A DNA stretch of 64,000 nucleotides from Elusimicrobiota bacterium (GTDB taxonomy: Bacteria > Elusimicrobiota > Elusimicrobia > UBA1565 > UBA9628): contig JACRDN010000016.1 in assembly GCA_016218575.1 (NCBI GenBank), positions 129,306-193,305 of the forward strand. Reading direction: 5' to 3'. Below the pieces are notes generated by a model. That model ran no database searches. It saw only the letters and a list, made by a program, of their open reading frames with translations, and was not told the DNA's origin. Made by a program: the position numbers and the translations under genes. Shown one piece after another: positions 36,072-46,229 of the stretch (position 1 is its first letter; every line of letters starts with the position of its first letter).

Positions 36072-38165
36072 ATGGTCAAACTTTCCCTCGACAATCCCAT
36101 ACAATATTTCAAAGGGGTCGGCCCCAGACGCGCGTTGTCGTTCCAGAACCTAGGAATACTCACCGTGGAGGATCTCCTCCACCATTTCCCCCGCGAGTGG
36201 CAGGACCGCCGCCAAACCAAGGACCTCTCTTTCCCCACTGCCTCGGGCCTGACCGTGGTCAAGGGCCGAGTGCTCAAGGCGAGGCTTATCCCCGCCGGCC
36301 CGCGCCTTGCCCTCTACAAGGCCACTCTCAGCACGGGGGAGTCCCGGGTCGAGGCCGTATGGTTCAAGCACTTGAGCCCCCGCTTCGACGTCTTCGCCTC
36401 CCTCAAGAAGGAGGCGGCCCCGGGAGAGGATATTTGGCTCGTGGGACGGGGCGAAAGCCAGCTTCTCGACACCCGGGAAATCAAAGTCGAGGAGCATTAC
36501 CCGGCCTTGGAGGAAAAAAGCCTCCTGCACGTGGACCGACTGACTCCCATCTACAGCCTCACCGAGGGACTGACCCAGCGCTTCCTGCGCGAACTCGTGC
36601 ACAAGGCCCTGCAAGAGGCCGGGCCATCGGCCGCGGAGATCCTGCCCCGACGCCTCCTGGAAAAACGGGCTCTCTTGGCCGCGCCTCAAGCCTTGCGCGC
36701 CGTCCATTTTCCCGAATCCCAGGCCGAGCTCGAGGCCGCCCGCGAACGGCTCGCTTATGAGGAGTTTCTACTTCTCGAGCTGGCTTGGACGCTCAAGCGC
36801 AGACAAACCAACGCCTTGAAGAAAAGTTTCGGCTATACGCTGAGAAAGAACTTGCTCACTCCCTTCAAGGAAAGGCTTGGATTTCACTTCACCTTGGCCC
36901 AGAAAAGAGTGATAAACGAGATTTTCGCGGATATGCAAAAGCCCTCTCCCATGACGAGACTTCTCCAGGGAGACGTGGGCTCGGGAAAAACCGTGGTGGC
37001 TTTGGCCTCCCTGCTCCTAGCCGTTGAGAACGGCTTCCAGGGGGCCTTCATGGCGCCCACCGAGATACTGGCCGAGCAGCATTTCGCGACTATCCAAAAG
37101 TTCTTGAAGGGCTTGCCCGTGAAAACCGCTCTCCTCACCTCCCGGCTGAAGGCGAAGGAACGGGAAAAGATTTTGTCGGAGCTCTCAGCCGGCAAAATCC
37201 AGATACTAGCGGGCACACACGCCCTGCTGGAGGAGGATGTGCTTTTTTCGCGCCTGCGCCTGGCGGTCATAGACGAACAGCACCGTTTCGGGGTGCGCCA
37301 GCGCGCCACTTTGCGCCGCAAAAACTCCCTTCTCGACCTCCTGGTCATGACCGCCACGCCGATCCCGCGGACCTTGGCCCTGGCCCTCTACGGAGACCTC
37401 GACGTCTCCACCTTGGACGAGATGCCCCCCGGCAAAACACCGGCAGAGACCGTCCTCGCCGCGGAAGGAGAGGCCTTCGAGCGCGTGCGCCGAGAGGCGG
37501 CCCTGGGACGCCAGGCCTATGTGGTCTACCCCATCATCGAGGAGTCCAGACGCCTCGACCTGCGCTCGGCCAAGGCCGAGTTCGCGAGGCTAAAACAAGA
37601 CATCTTCCCCGATCTGAAGGTGGCCTTGCTCCATGGGGCCATGCCGAGCCGGGAGAAAAACAAGGTCATGGCCGAGTTTGCGGCCGGCGCCTGGCAGGTC
37701 CTGGCGGCGACCCAGGTCATCGAGGTGGGCATTGATGTCCCCAACGCCACCGTCATGGTGATACAGAACGCGGAACGCTTCGGCCTAGCCAGCCTCCATC
37801 AGCTGCGCGGGCGCATCGGCCGCGGGCAGGCGCCCTCCAAATGCTTCCTCGTAGCGGATCCCAAAACTCCGGAGGCGCGCAAACGCCTAGAGACCATGGC
37901 CGCCGTCCACGACGGCTTTCGCATCGGCGAGGAGGACTTGAAGCTCCGGGGACCCGGGGAGATGCTGGGCACGGCCCAGCATGGGGAGCTCGCCCTCAAG
38001 GTGGCCGATATCTTCAAGGACTCGGCTTTGCTCGCCCGGGCCAAGCAGGACGCCGAAGAGCTCCTCGCGCAAGACCCCAGACTTCAGGATCTCAGCTGCC
38101 GCTCCCTGCGGGAGCGGCTTATCGCCCTCTACCAGCGCCGCTGGGATTGGGTAGACCTCTCTTAA
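36072..38165 (+). CDS. recG: ATP-dependent DNA helicase RecG
   Basis: KGVGP, RLAYEE, RLLQGDVGSGKT, MAPTEILAEQH, IDEQHRFGV, MTATPIPR, AERFGLASLHQLRGRIGRG, DLKLRGPGE. Confidence 0.97.
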   Translation: MVKLSLDNPIQYFKGVGPRRALSFQNLGILTVEDLLHHFPREWQDRRQTKDLSFPTASGLTVVKGRVLKARLIPAGPRLALYKATLSTGESRVEAVWFKHLSPRFDVFASLKKEAAPGEDIWLVGRGESQLLDTREIKVEEHYPALEEKSLLHVDRLTPIYSLTEGLTQRFLRELVHKALQEAGPSAAEILPRRLLEKRALLAAPQALRAVHFPESQAELEAARERLAYEEFLLLELAWTLKRRQTNALKKSFGYTLRKNLLTPFKERLGFHFTLAQKRVINEIFADMQKPSPMTRLLQGDVGSGKTVVALASLLLAVENGFQGAFMAPTEILAEQHFATIQKFLKGLPVKTALLTSRLKAKEREKILSELSAGKIQILAGTHALLEEDVLFSRLRLAVIDEQHRFGVRQRATLRRKNSLLDLLVMTATPIPRTLALALYGDLDVSTLDEMPPGKTPAETVLAAEGEAFERVRREAALGRQAYVVYPIIEESRRLDLRSAKAEFARLKQDIFPDLKVALLHGAMPSREKNKVMAEFAAGAWQVLAATQVIEVGIDVPNATVMVIQNAERFGLASLHQLRGRIGRGQAPSKCFLVADPKTPEARKRLETMAAVHDGFRIGEEDLKLRGPGEMLGTAQHGELALKVADIFKDSALLARAKQDAEELLAQDPRLQDLSCRSLRERLIALYQRRWDWVDLS

Positions 38166-39088
38166 TTCTCGGGAGACGGATTCAAGGAACCGCCCTCGCA
38201 ACCGGGGCGGAAGCGGCCATTTTTCTTGGTCGTCGGCACGCCCAGGCATTCCCGCCAGAGATGCTCCAGACTCTTTCCCGTGTACTCGACGAACAGCTTG
38301 CTCACGGGAAGGTCCTCGCGGCCTTCGGGACCCTCCTTGGCTTTCCCAAGGCGCATATCCCGGGCAAGTCTTTTCAGGTCCAGTCCGTATTTCCAAACCG
38401 CGTAGCCGAGCAAGGCCGCGCCGCAATTGTAGCCCTCGGAGTAGTGCGTCATCGCCCCATCGCAGCCGTACTCTCCACCGGGATAAGCCAGGCCCCTGGA
38501 ATAGGCCAGATGGTCCGCCACGGCCTCGTCGAGCCACTTCGGCCAATCCACGCGCTCATGCCCGTACCATAGGACCACGTGGGTCAGCTCGTGGACGACG
38601 TATGACCGGATCTTCACGGCATCCTCTCCACCCACCCAACGGTCCGCCCTGCAGGCCACGAGATTGCCCCCGAACCAAACCGCGGCCTGGCAATTGGTGT
38701 CGAGCCTCTTCTCCAATTTGCCTGGATGTAGAGCATATTCATCTTTATATTGAGGACGGGTCGTCAGTATCTTCCTGAGCACCCGCGGCGGAAGAAAATC
38801 GATAACCGCGGGCCTGCCGAGCCTCATTTCTCCTGGGCGGGCGGATTCTTTCCCGAACAGCTCGCCCTCTATTTGGGGAAGCCTCTCGCGACAAGCCAGG
38901 GCCGCGGTTTCAGCCACTGTTTTAAGGCGCGGCTCGCTTTTAGGATAGCGAACCTGGCAGACCATATCCCCGGAGTCGTCCAAAGCCTGAAGAATGACGC
39001 TGACCCGCCCCGGAATCTCGATGAGTTGCGGCGCGGCCCAAGCCGCGGCCGGGAATACCAAAGTCAGAAAGCAAAAAGATGCCCTCAT
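38162..39088 (-). CDS. Secreted zincin peptidase (BSP / peptidase-MA-like)
   Basis: Start moved to MRASFCFL (signal peptide ending AWA); VVHELTHV, PKWLDEAVADH, YSEGY, TGKSLEHLW. Confidence 0.75.
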   Translation of the reverse strand: MRASFCFLTLVFPAAAWAAPQLIEIPGRVSVILQALDDSGDMVCQVRYPKSEPRLKTVAETAALACRERLPQIEGELFGKESARPGEMRLGRPAVIDFLPPRVLRKILTTRPQYKDEYALHPGKLEKRLDTNCQAAVWFGGNLVACRADRWVGGEDAVKIRSYVVHELTHVVLWYGHERVDWPKWLDEAVADHLAYSRGLAYPGGEYGCDGAMTHYSEGYNCGAALLGYAVWKYGLDLKRLARDMRLGKAKEGPEGREDLPVSKLFVEYTGKSLEHLWRECLGVPTTKKNGRFRPGCEGGSLNPSPEN

Positions 39089-39120
39089 TGCTTGCAAGTA
39101 TAACGACTGCATCGGCACGA

Positions 39121-39396
39121 GGCAAGGACATGGAGGATATCGTCGCGCTGCTCGACGGCTGTCCGGACGCCGAGAAGAGAATTGACGCCGCGCCTGGAAA
39201 TGCGCGCGCCTACCTGGCCGCGGAGTTTTCGCGAATGCTGGCAGACGATCTCTTCCTCCTGAGCCTCGAAGGGCACTTGCGGCCCGGCGTCGAGGGCATC
39301 GAACGGATTGATCGTTGTCTCGCAATCATGCGGCGAATAGCTGGAAGCGGCCGCACAAATCAATGGGCAAATGACGGCGAAATGACGTTGAAGTGA
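39121..39396 (+). pseudogene. C-terminal fragment resembling AbiEii-like nucleotidyltransferase toxin family proteins
   Basis: KDMEDIVALLDG...AAPGNARAYLAAEFSRMLADDLFLLSLEGHL...RIDRCLAIMRRIA; N-terminal catalytic part absent. Family recalled from memory. Confidence 0.5.
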
Positions 39397-39428
39397 CGAG
39401 CGTTATGCGCTAAACTATCCGAACCGCA

Positions 39429-42400
39429 GTGAAACCCTGGGATTTCAAGAACCGCGGCCGCGAAGAAGAGCTTCAGACCCTCCTTAAAGAGCGGATACTG
39501 CTGCTCGACGGGGCCATGGGCACCGCGATCCAGGCCAAGGACCTATCCGCCGCCGACTTCGGAGGCGCCAAGCTCGAAGGCTGCAACGAGAACCTGGTCC
39601 TGACCCGGCCGGACGTCGTTTCCGAGATCCACGAGAGCTACCTGGAGGCCGGCTCGGACATCCTAGAGACCAACACCTTCGGGGCTATCCGCCATGTCCT
39701 GGCCGAGTATGATCTCGAGGACTCGATCCTCGAGATCAACCGCAGAGCCGCAGAGCTCGCCCGCGACGCGGCCAGGCGGCACTCCACGGCCCAAAAGCCC
39801 CGCTTCGTGGCGGGAGCTTTGGGCCCCGGCACCAAGACCATCTCGGTCACGGGAGGCATCACTTTCGAAGAGGTGCGTGAGGCCTACGCCGAGGCTTCCC
39901 TCGGCCTTCTCGAGGGCGGGGTGGACCTTTTCCTTATTGAGACCCAGCAGGATACCCTCAACATCAAGGCATCCCTCTTGGGCATTCTGGACACCTTCCA
40001 GAGCATGGAACGGTCCGTGCCCATACTGCTCTCCGCCTCGATCGAGACCATGGGCACCATGCTGGGCGGGCAGACCGCGGAGGCCCTCTGCGACTCGGTG
40101 GCCCACTTCCCCCTCCTGGCCCTGGGGCTCAACTGCGCCACCGGGCCGGATTTCATGACCGACCACATACGGACCATCGCGCAGTCCTCTTCCTTTCATA
40201 CGCTCTGCTACCCCAACGCCGGCCTGCCCGACGAGAACGGGCATTACAACGAGACCCCCGAGATGGTGGCCAAGAAGCTCGACCGCTTCTGCGCCGCGGG
40301 CTGGATCAACATCGTGGGTGGCTGCTGCGGAACCACGCCCCGGCATGTGCGCCTCTTGGCCCAAATGGCCGAGGCTCGCAGGCCCCGCGCGCTCCCGAAA
40401 ATCAGGCGCTCGACCGTTTCGGGGCTTGAATCCCTCCGCTTGGACGAGGATAGGCGGCCCGTACTAGTCGGGGAGCGCGCCAACGTGATCGGCTCGCGCC
40501 TTTTCAAGGAGCTTATCGTCAAGGAATCCCACGAGGAGGCCTCCGAGATCGGGCGACGGCAGGTCCGCAACGGGGCCCATATCTTGGACGTGTGCCTGGC
40601 CAATCCAGACAGGGACGAGCAATCGGACATGATCCGCTTCCTTGACTTTCTGACTAAGAAAGTCAAGGTTCCTCTCATGATTGATTCCACCGACGCCGCC
40701 GTGATCGAGGAAGCCTTGAAGCGCTGCCCGGGCAAGTCCATCGTCAACTCGATTAACCTGGAGGACGGTGAGGAGCGCTTCGAGAAGGTGGTGCCTCTTC
40801 TCCGCCAATACGGCGCCGCCGTGGTGGTGGGGACCATAGACGAGGACAAGGCCCAGGGAATGGCCCTGACGTCCCGGCGCAAGCTGGAGATCGCGCTTCG
40901 CAGCCACGAGCTTCTGACCCGCAAGTACGGCCTCGCCTCCGAAGACTTGATCTTCGACCCCCTGGTCTTCCCGTCGGGAACCGGGGACAAGAATTACTGG
41001 GGCTCGGCCATGGAAACCGTGGAGGGGCTCAAGCTCATCAAAAAGGCCCTTCCCTCATGCAAGACCATTCTCGGCGTCTCCAACGTCTCCTTCGGGCTCC
41101 CGGCCCCCGGCCGAGAGATACTGAACTCGGTTTTCCTGCATCTCTGCGTGGAGGCAGGGCTGGATTTGGCCATCGTCAATTCCGAGAAGATAGCCCGCTA
41201 CTCATCCATTCCGGAGACGGAAAAGAAGCTTTGCCTGTATCTCCTCTCCTGGAAGGGTCCGATGGACCCTTCCAGGCCACAGGGCTACGACGCCGTGGCC
41301 GAGTTCTCCGCTCACTTCCGGCAGGCCGTGGCGCAAAAAAAAACCGAGTCCGAGCGCTTAAAACTTCCGATAGACGAGCGCCTGGCCCGCAACGTGGTCG
41401 AAGGGTCCAAGGAAGGGCTTCTGCTTGATCTTGAGGCCCTCCTCAAGGAGCGAAAGCCCCTCGAAATCATCAATGGCCCCTTGATGAAAGGCATGGACGA
41501 GGTAGGCCGGCTTTTCGCGGCCAACGACATGATCGTGGCCGAGGTCCTGCAGTCCGCCGAGGTCATGAAGGCCGCGGTCTCCTTCCTCGAGCCCCACATG
41601 GACAAGGCCGACGCCGCCTCCCGCGGCACGGTGCTTCTGGCCACGGTCAAGGGAGACGTCCACGACATTGGAAAGAACCTCGTCCACATCATCCTCAAGA
41701 ACAACGGCTACCGGGTGGAGGACCTCGGCATCAAGGTGGCTCCCGAAACCTTGATCGAGGCGATCAAGAGGATATCGCCGCATATCGTCGGTCTCTCGGG
41801 CCTCCTGGTCAAGTCCGCCCAGCAGATGTCGGTCACGGCCGAGGATCTGGCCAATGCGGGCGTCAAAATCCCCATTCTCGTAGGAGGAGCCGCCCTCTCG
41901 GCCAAATTCACGGCCGCGAAAATCGCTCCCCGCTACCCCGGAGCCGTGCTCTACGCCAAGGACGCCATGACCGGCCTCGAGTACTCTAACCAGCTCCAGG
42001 ATCAAAAGCGCCGGTCGGCGCTTTTGAAAAAAAACAAGGAGATTCAAGACCATCTGGCAGCACCCGTCAGGCCCAACGCATCTCCTAATGGGCCCGAAAG
42101 CGGCGCCGCTGCCGCGGCGGCGCCCATCATCGGCCAGGATCATAATATCCCCCTGCCGCCCGACCTCAAACCCCACGTCCTGCCGGACTTCTCGGTCGAG
42201 GAGATATTCGGCTACATAAACCCCATCATGCTTTACGGCAAGCATTTGGGGCTTAAGGGCAGCCCAGAACGGCTGTTCCAGGAAAGCAACCTCAAGGCCT
42301 TGGAGCTGCGCCGACAAGTCCTGGATTTGCAAAGTGAAATCCTGGCCAAGGGCCTGATTAAAGCCAAGGCCGTCTACCGTTTTTATCCCGCCCAGGCCGA

Positions 42401-42959
42401 GGGGAACAAGGTTCTTTTATACCGATCCCCCTTGGAGACGGCCCCCTTGGAGGCTTTCGAATTTCCGCGGCAAGACTCCGGCGACAAGCTTTGCCTGGCC
42501 GACTACGTGCGGCCTAAGAGCGCCTCCAAGGACTTCATCGCCTTGTTCGTGGTCACCTGCGGCTCCGGCGTGCGCGAGCTCTCGGACTGCTACCGGGAGA
42601 AAGGGGAGTATTTCAAGTCGCACGCCCTCCAAGCCATCGCGATAGAGGCGGCCGAAGGCTTCGCCGAGCTCCTGCACGAGCGCCTGCGCGCCATGTGGGG
42701 CTTCGCCGACGCCCCGAGCCTCACTCTCAAGGACAAGTTCCAGGCGCGCTACCGCGGCCTGCGCGTGAGCTTCGGCTACCCGGCCTGCCCGAGCCTCGAG
42801 GACCAGGAAAAGCTCTTCCACCTGCTCGAGCCCGAAAAGAACATCGGGGTTTCCCTCACCGAGGGCTTCATGATGGAGCCGGAGGCCAGCGTCTCGGCCT
42901 TGGTCTTCCACCACCCCCAGGCGCGCTATTTTTCAGTGTTGAATTCGGTGACGGCTTAA
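39429..42959 (+). CDS. metH: Cobalamin-dependent methionine synthase
   Basis: DGAMGT, GLNCATG, GGCCGT, pterin domain GERAN, DVHDIGKN B12 motif, activation domain SFGYPACP. Confidence 0.97.
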   Translation: MKPWDFKNRGREEELQTLLKERILLLDGAMGTAIQAKDLSAADFGGAKLEGCNENLVLTRPDVVSEIHESYLEAGSDILETNTFGAIRHVLAEYDLEDSILEINRRAAELARDAARRHSTAQKPRFVAGALGPGTKTISVTGGITFEEVREAYAEASLGLLEGGVDLFLIETQQDTLNIKASLLGILDTFQSMERSVPILLSASIETMGTMLGGQTAEALCDSVAHFPLLALGLNCATGPDFMTDHIRTIAQSSSFHTLCYPNAGLPDENGHYNETPEMVAKKLDRFCAAGWINIVGGCCGTTPRHVRLLAQMAEARRPRALPKIRRSTVSGLESLRLDEDRRPVLVGERANVIGSRLFKELIVKESHEEASEIGRRQVRNGAHILDVCLANPDRDEQSDMIRFLDFLTKKVKVPLMIDSTDAAVIEEALKRCPGKSIVNSINLEDGEERFEKVVPLLRQYGAAVVVGTIDEDKAQGMALTSRRKLEIALRSHELLTRKYGLASEDLIFDPLVFPSGTGDKNYWGSAMETVEGLKLIKKALPSCKTILGVSNVSFGLPAPGREILNSVFLHLCVEAGLDLAIVNSEKIARYSSIPETEKKLCLYLLSWKGPMDPSRPQGYDAVAEFSAHFRQAVAQKKTESERLKLPIDERLARNVVEGSKEGLLLDLEALLKERKPLEIINGPLMKGMDEVGRLFAANDMIVAEVLQSAEVMKAAVSFLEPHMDKADAASRGTVLLATVKGDVHDIGKNLVHIILKNNGYRVEDLGIKVAPETLIEAIKRISPHIVGLSGLLVKSAQQMSVTAEDLANAGVKIPILVGGAALSAKFTAAKIAPRYPGAVLYAKDAMTGLEYSNQLQDQKRRSALLKKNKEIQDHLAAPVRPNASPNGPESGAAAAAAPIIGQDHNIPLPPDLKPHVLPDFSVEEIFGYINPIMLYGKHLGLKGSPERLFQESNLKALELRRQVLDLQSEILAKGLIKAKAVYRFYPAQAEGNKVLLYRSPLETAPLEAFEFPRQDSGDKLCLADYVRPKSASKDFIALFVVTCGSGVRELSDCYREKGEYFKSHALQAIAIEAAEGFAELLHERLRAMWGFADAPSLTLKDKFQARYRGLRVSFGYPACPSLEDQEKLFHLLEPEKNIGVSLTEGFMMEPEASVSALVFHHPQARYFSVLNSVTA

Positions 42960-42980
42960 TTCGGTAACTGTCACCGAATT
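42942..42980. repeat. REP-like palindrome with duplicated half site
   Basis: AATTCGGTGAC (42942-42952), then AATTCGGTAAC-T-GTCACCGAATT (42958-42980). Confidence 0.6.
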
Positions 42981-43003
42981 GAATTGGTATACTCCAAATT
43001 AAC

Positions 43004-43498
43004 ATGTCCTCGCGATTGGCGGTGTACCCCGGCAGCTTCGATCCCCTGACCCGGGGACATCTCGACATCATCCACCGCGCCTGCCGGCTCTTCGACACGG
43101 TGATCGTGGCCGTGTCCAACAACCCCACCAAAAACCACACCTTCAGCGTGGCCGAGCGCATCGCCATGGTGGAGAACTCCATCCGGGACATCCCAAACGC
43201 GGACGTGGACGCGTTCTCGGGGCTCCTGGTAGACTATCTCAAGGCCAAGAAGTCGCAGGTCCTCATCCGCGGGTTGAGGGTGGTCTCCGACATGGACTAC
43301 GAATTCCAGCTCGCTTCCTTTAACCGCCGGCTTAATAAGGAAGTGGAAACCGTTTTTCTGATGCCCGACGACGCCTTGACCTACCTCGCCTCCTCCATGG
43401 TCAAGGAGGTGGCAAGGCTGGGAGCCCCCGTGGACGGTTTCGTCACCCCGGCCGTGGCCCGGGAGCTCCGCCGAAAATTTGGCCCCGATAAGAAATAG
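43004..43498 (+). CDS. coaD: Phosphopantetheine adenylyltransferase
   Basis: YPGSFDPLTRGHLDII, IRGLR..SD.DYE, SSMVKE; extended -10 TGGTATACT at 42985-42993. Confidence 0.97.
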   Translation: MSSRLAVYPGSFDPLTRGHLDIIHRACRLFDTVIVAVSNNPTKNHTFSVAERIAMVENSIRDIPNADVDAFSGLLVDYLKAKKSQVLIRGLRVVSDMDYEFQLASFNRRLNKEVETVFLMPDDALTYLASSMVKEVARLGAPVDGFVTPAVARELRRKFGPDKK

Positions 43499-43976
43499 CG
43501 CTCAAATCCTGCTCCTGGCCTTGGCGGCGATTCTCCTGGGCCTCGTCGTTTACAACACCCTTGGGCTGGGCCGGCCGCGGCGGGAAATCGCCGGCGCAGG
43601 CGGAAGCGCTTCTCCTCCAGCCCCCGCCATGCCTGAGGCGCAAAGGCGGGCTTCCCCCGCGGCGAGCGTGGCCGACAAGGACGCGCTCTACCGCAAACTC
43701 CAGGAGGACGGCGCGGCGATGGGCCTGGAGGGGGTCGCTCCCGGGGAAGAAGACGAGGCGCCGCTGCCCTTCATGAGGTCCCAACTCGCCGAGCCCGGGA
43801 CGCGGGAACAGGCCGATGCCGCCATGCGCGAGCTCTCGGCCCTTCGCCAGTCGGCCGACGAGGCCGGAGGAAAAAGACCCGCGGTCCCCCTGGAGGGGCA
43901 AACCCCGTTCCTACTTTCCACGCCCGAGGCGACCACCGGCCATTTTCTTCTTGACTCCTCGGGCCCGGCTAAATAG
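43479..43976 (+). CDS. Hypothetical protein with N-terminal membrane anchor
   Basis: One TM helix then low-complexity region; fills the gap after coaD. Confidence 0.55.
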   Translation: MAPIRNSAQILLLALAAILLGLVVYNTLGLGRPRREIAGAGGSASPPAPAMPEAQRRASPAASVADKDALYRKLQEDGAAMGLEGVAPGEEDEAPLPFMRSQLAEPGTREQADAAMRELSALRQSADEAGGKRPAVPLEGQTPFLLSTPEATTGHFLLDSSGPAK

Positions 43977-43984
43977 AATCTGGG

Positions 43985-44017
43985 GGACCAATGGTCCTAT
44001 AGCAATAATAGGACCAT
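43985..44017. promoter_or_regulatory. Operator-like inverted repeats upstream of peptidase cluster
   Basis: GGACC-AAT-GGTCC (43985-43997) overlapping ATGGTCCTAT-N7-ATAGGACCAT (43991-44017); TAGAAT at 43974-43979; GGAGG RBS follows. Confidence 0.5.
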
Positions 44018-44028
44018 GGGAGGTCTTG

Positions 44029-45357
44029 ATGAAGAGAGCTCGCCTCGGCATCCTCGCAGCATGCATCACTTTGCCGTCCCTTTGCCATGCCCTCCCCGAC
44101 CGCGCCTTCGACCAAGGAGAAACTCCGGCCGCAGCACCGGACCCCATGGTGCCGCAGGCTCCGGGAAAGCCGTTGGACTTGCCCGAGCGCTTTTGGATCA
44201 CGATCGCGGCCAGAACCCGGGAAGAGAGGTCTCGCATCGTCAATCTCGGAATTTCCATTGAGGAAGTCTTGGGCGACCGCATCGGAGGAATAGGCACGCA
44301 GGAGATGCTCGACGCCTTGAACCGGGAGAAGATCGAGCACACCGCGGTGTCCCTGCGGCAGCGCTTCGGCGCTCTCGATTTCCCGGCCGAGGATAGGGCC
44401 TACCACAATTACGCGCGTCTCCAGGAGGAACTCAAGGCCATCGCGGCCGCGGCACCGGATCTTGTCTCAAGCTTCTCCATCGCAAAGAGCTTGAGGGGCC
44501 GGGACCTCATCTGCCTGCGCTTCAACGCAAGCGAGCGGGAACGGGCCCCCAGCGACAAGCCGGGAATCGCCTTCATGGGAACGCACCACGCCCGGGAGCA
44601 CCTCTCCACGGAGGTGCCTCTCCTGTTGGCCAAATATCTGGCCGAGAACCGGCAGAAGCCGGATATCAAGAGGCTTCTGGACTCGCGGGACATCTACATC
44701 ATCCCCATGGTCAATCCCGACGGGGTCGAATACGACATCCATGACGGCAATTACCACATGCACCGCAAGAACATGCGCGACAGCGGCAACGGGGCCGTGG
44801 GCGTGGACTTGAACCGGAACTACGGCTTCCACTGGGGAGAGGGCGGGGCCTCAAGCAACCCCGCCTCTGACATCTACCGGGGCCCGAGCCCCTTCTCGGA
44901 GCCAGAGACGGTCGCAATCAAGAATTTCGTGGAGTCCCGCGCCAACCTGAGGATTCTTCTCAGCTACCACACCTTCAGCGAGCTCATCCTCTACCCCTGG
45001 GGCCACACCTACGACCCCATAGACGAAGGGCCGGCCCTGGCCGCCTACCAATCCATGGCCCAGGCCATGGGGCGCATGACGGGCTACAAGCCGGAGCAGT
45101 CGAGCGAGCTCTACATCGCCTCCGGAGACACCACGGACTGGGCCTGGGGGACGCGCGGGATATTCTCATTCACCTTCGAGCTGACCCCCAAAAGCATGTG
45201 GCAGGGCGGCTTTTACCCGGGTGCTGGAGCCATAGCCACCACCTTCCAGAACAACATCCGCCCCGCCCTCTATCTCATGGACCTGGCCGACAACCCCCTG
45301 CGAGCCCGCGACGCGGATGGCGCCGCACTACCGCGCACCTTAGGAGGAGCTAAATGA
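44029..45357 (+). CDS. Secreted M14 zinc carboxypeptidase (carboxypeptidase T-like)
   Basis: Start moved to MKRARLGI with GGAGG RBS; HHAREH, PMVNPDG, RKN, GVDLNRNY, FSEPET, SYHTFSELILYPW, FTFEL. Confidence 0.92.
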   Translation: MKRARLGILAACITLPSLCHALPDRAFDQGETPAAAPDPMVPQAPGKPLDLPERFWITIAARTREERSRIVNLGISIEEVLGDRIGGIGTQEMLDALNREKIEHTAVSLRQRFGALDFPAEDRAYHNYARLQEELKAIAAAAPDLVSSFSIAKSLRGRDLICLRFNASERERAPSDKPGIAFMGTHHAREHLSTEVPLLLAKYLAENRQKPDIKRLLDSRDIYIIPMVNPDGVEYDIHDGNYHMHRKNMRDSGNGAVGVDLNRNYGFHWGEGGASSNPASDIYRGPSPFSEPETVAIKNFVESRANLRILLSYHTFSELILYPWGHTYDPIDEGPALAAYQSMAQAMGRMTGYKPEQSSELYIASGDTTDWAWGTRGIFSFTFELTPKSMWQGGFYPGAGAIATTFQNNIRPALYLMDLADNPLRARDADGAALPRTLGGAK

Positions 45358-46202
45358 GAATCCTGGCATTCCTGTTCGTCTCTGCTCTGTCCGTCGCCGC
45401 CCACGCGGCGCCGATCGAAAGCCTCAAGGCCGCGGGCCAAGCCGGCTTTACGGCCGCCGTGGAAGCCCTGCCCGGACTGCGACTGCTGCCGTCCTTGCCC
45501 CGCACCATGGATGAGGAACCGCCCTCACCCTTCCCGGTCTTGGAAGACCCGCGCCTGCAGTTCCTGGGCTCCTCCGGGGAGGTTGGTGAAATCGTGGCCC
45601 GCATAAACCTTGCCGCGCAGCTCGACAAGCACCGGGACCTCATCACCAAGCCCCTAGGGGCCTCTGAGTGGGACATCAGCGTGGCCGGGGACGCAGCCTT
45701 CAAGAGCTATTTCGCCACCTTCCAACAGGGCCGAAAGCTCGTCATCGCCCCGATCAAGGAGCTCAAGGCCCTGATCGGCTCCGGCATCGACATCACCATA
45801 GAGCCGGGTCTCAGCTACAAGTTCAAGGTCGTCATCAACCTCTTCGACCCCATCCGGGGCAGCCTGCTCCGGATGACCCCGCTCGATGGCACCGAGGGCC
45901 CCTACAATCAAGTAAAAACCGGAGCGATCCTAGACGCCCTCAAGGCCAAGTCCTTCGTCTTCTCGCACGAGGACATCGAGTACTGGACCTTGTACGGAAC
46001 GGACGTGGACCCCCAGACCAACCAGCTCGCACAGACCCGCAGCTTCCTGTTCATGCACCAGGAGGGGCGGCAGTCGAAGGCCTGGCCCATCGCCGAGGCC
46101 CAACTGCCCGCGGGCCAGCCCGTGGCCGTGAGCTTCGGAGAGGCGCGCTTCATCCTGGTGCGCGGCGCCTCCGAAGAGCTGGAAATCCGGCGGCCGAAGT
46201 AA
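45354..46202 (+). CDS. Secreted hypothetical protein
   Basis: AGGAG RBS, signal peptide ending AHA, beta-rich sequence with no recognised motif. Confidence 0.75.
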   Translation: MRILAFLFVSALSVAAHAAPIESLKAAGQAGFTAAVEALPGLRLLPSLPRTMDEEPPSPFPVLEDPRLQFLGSSGEVGEIVARINLAAQLDKHRDLITKPLGASEWDISVAGDAAFKSYFATFQQGRKLVIAPIKELKALIGSGIDITIEPGLSYKFKVVINLFDPIRGSLLRMTPLDGTEGPYNQVKTGAILDALKAKSFVFSHEDIEYWTLYGTDVDPQTNQLAQTRSFLFMHQEGRQSKAWPIAEAQLPAGQPVAVSFGEARFILVRGASEELEIRRPK

Positions 46203-46229
46203 GCCCGGCAAAGCCGGGCGGGTGAGCTG

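Noticed and set aside
46203..46219. Hairpin GCCCGGC-AAA-GCCGGGC as terminator
   Set aside because: No U-tract and only 10 nt before the next start; at most an mRNA stability element.
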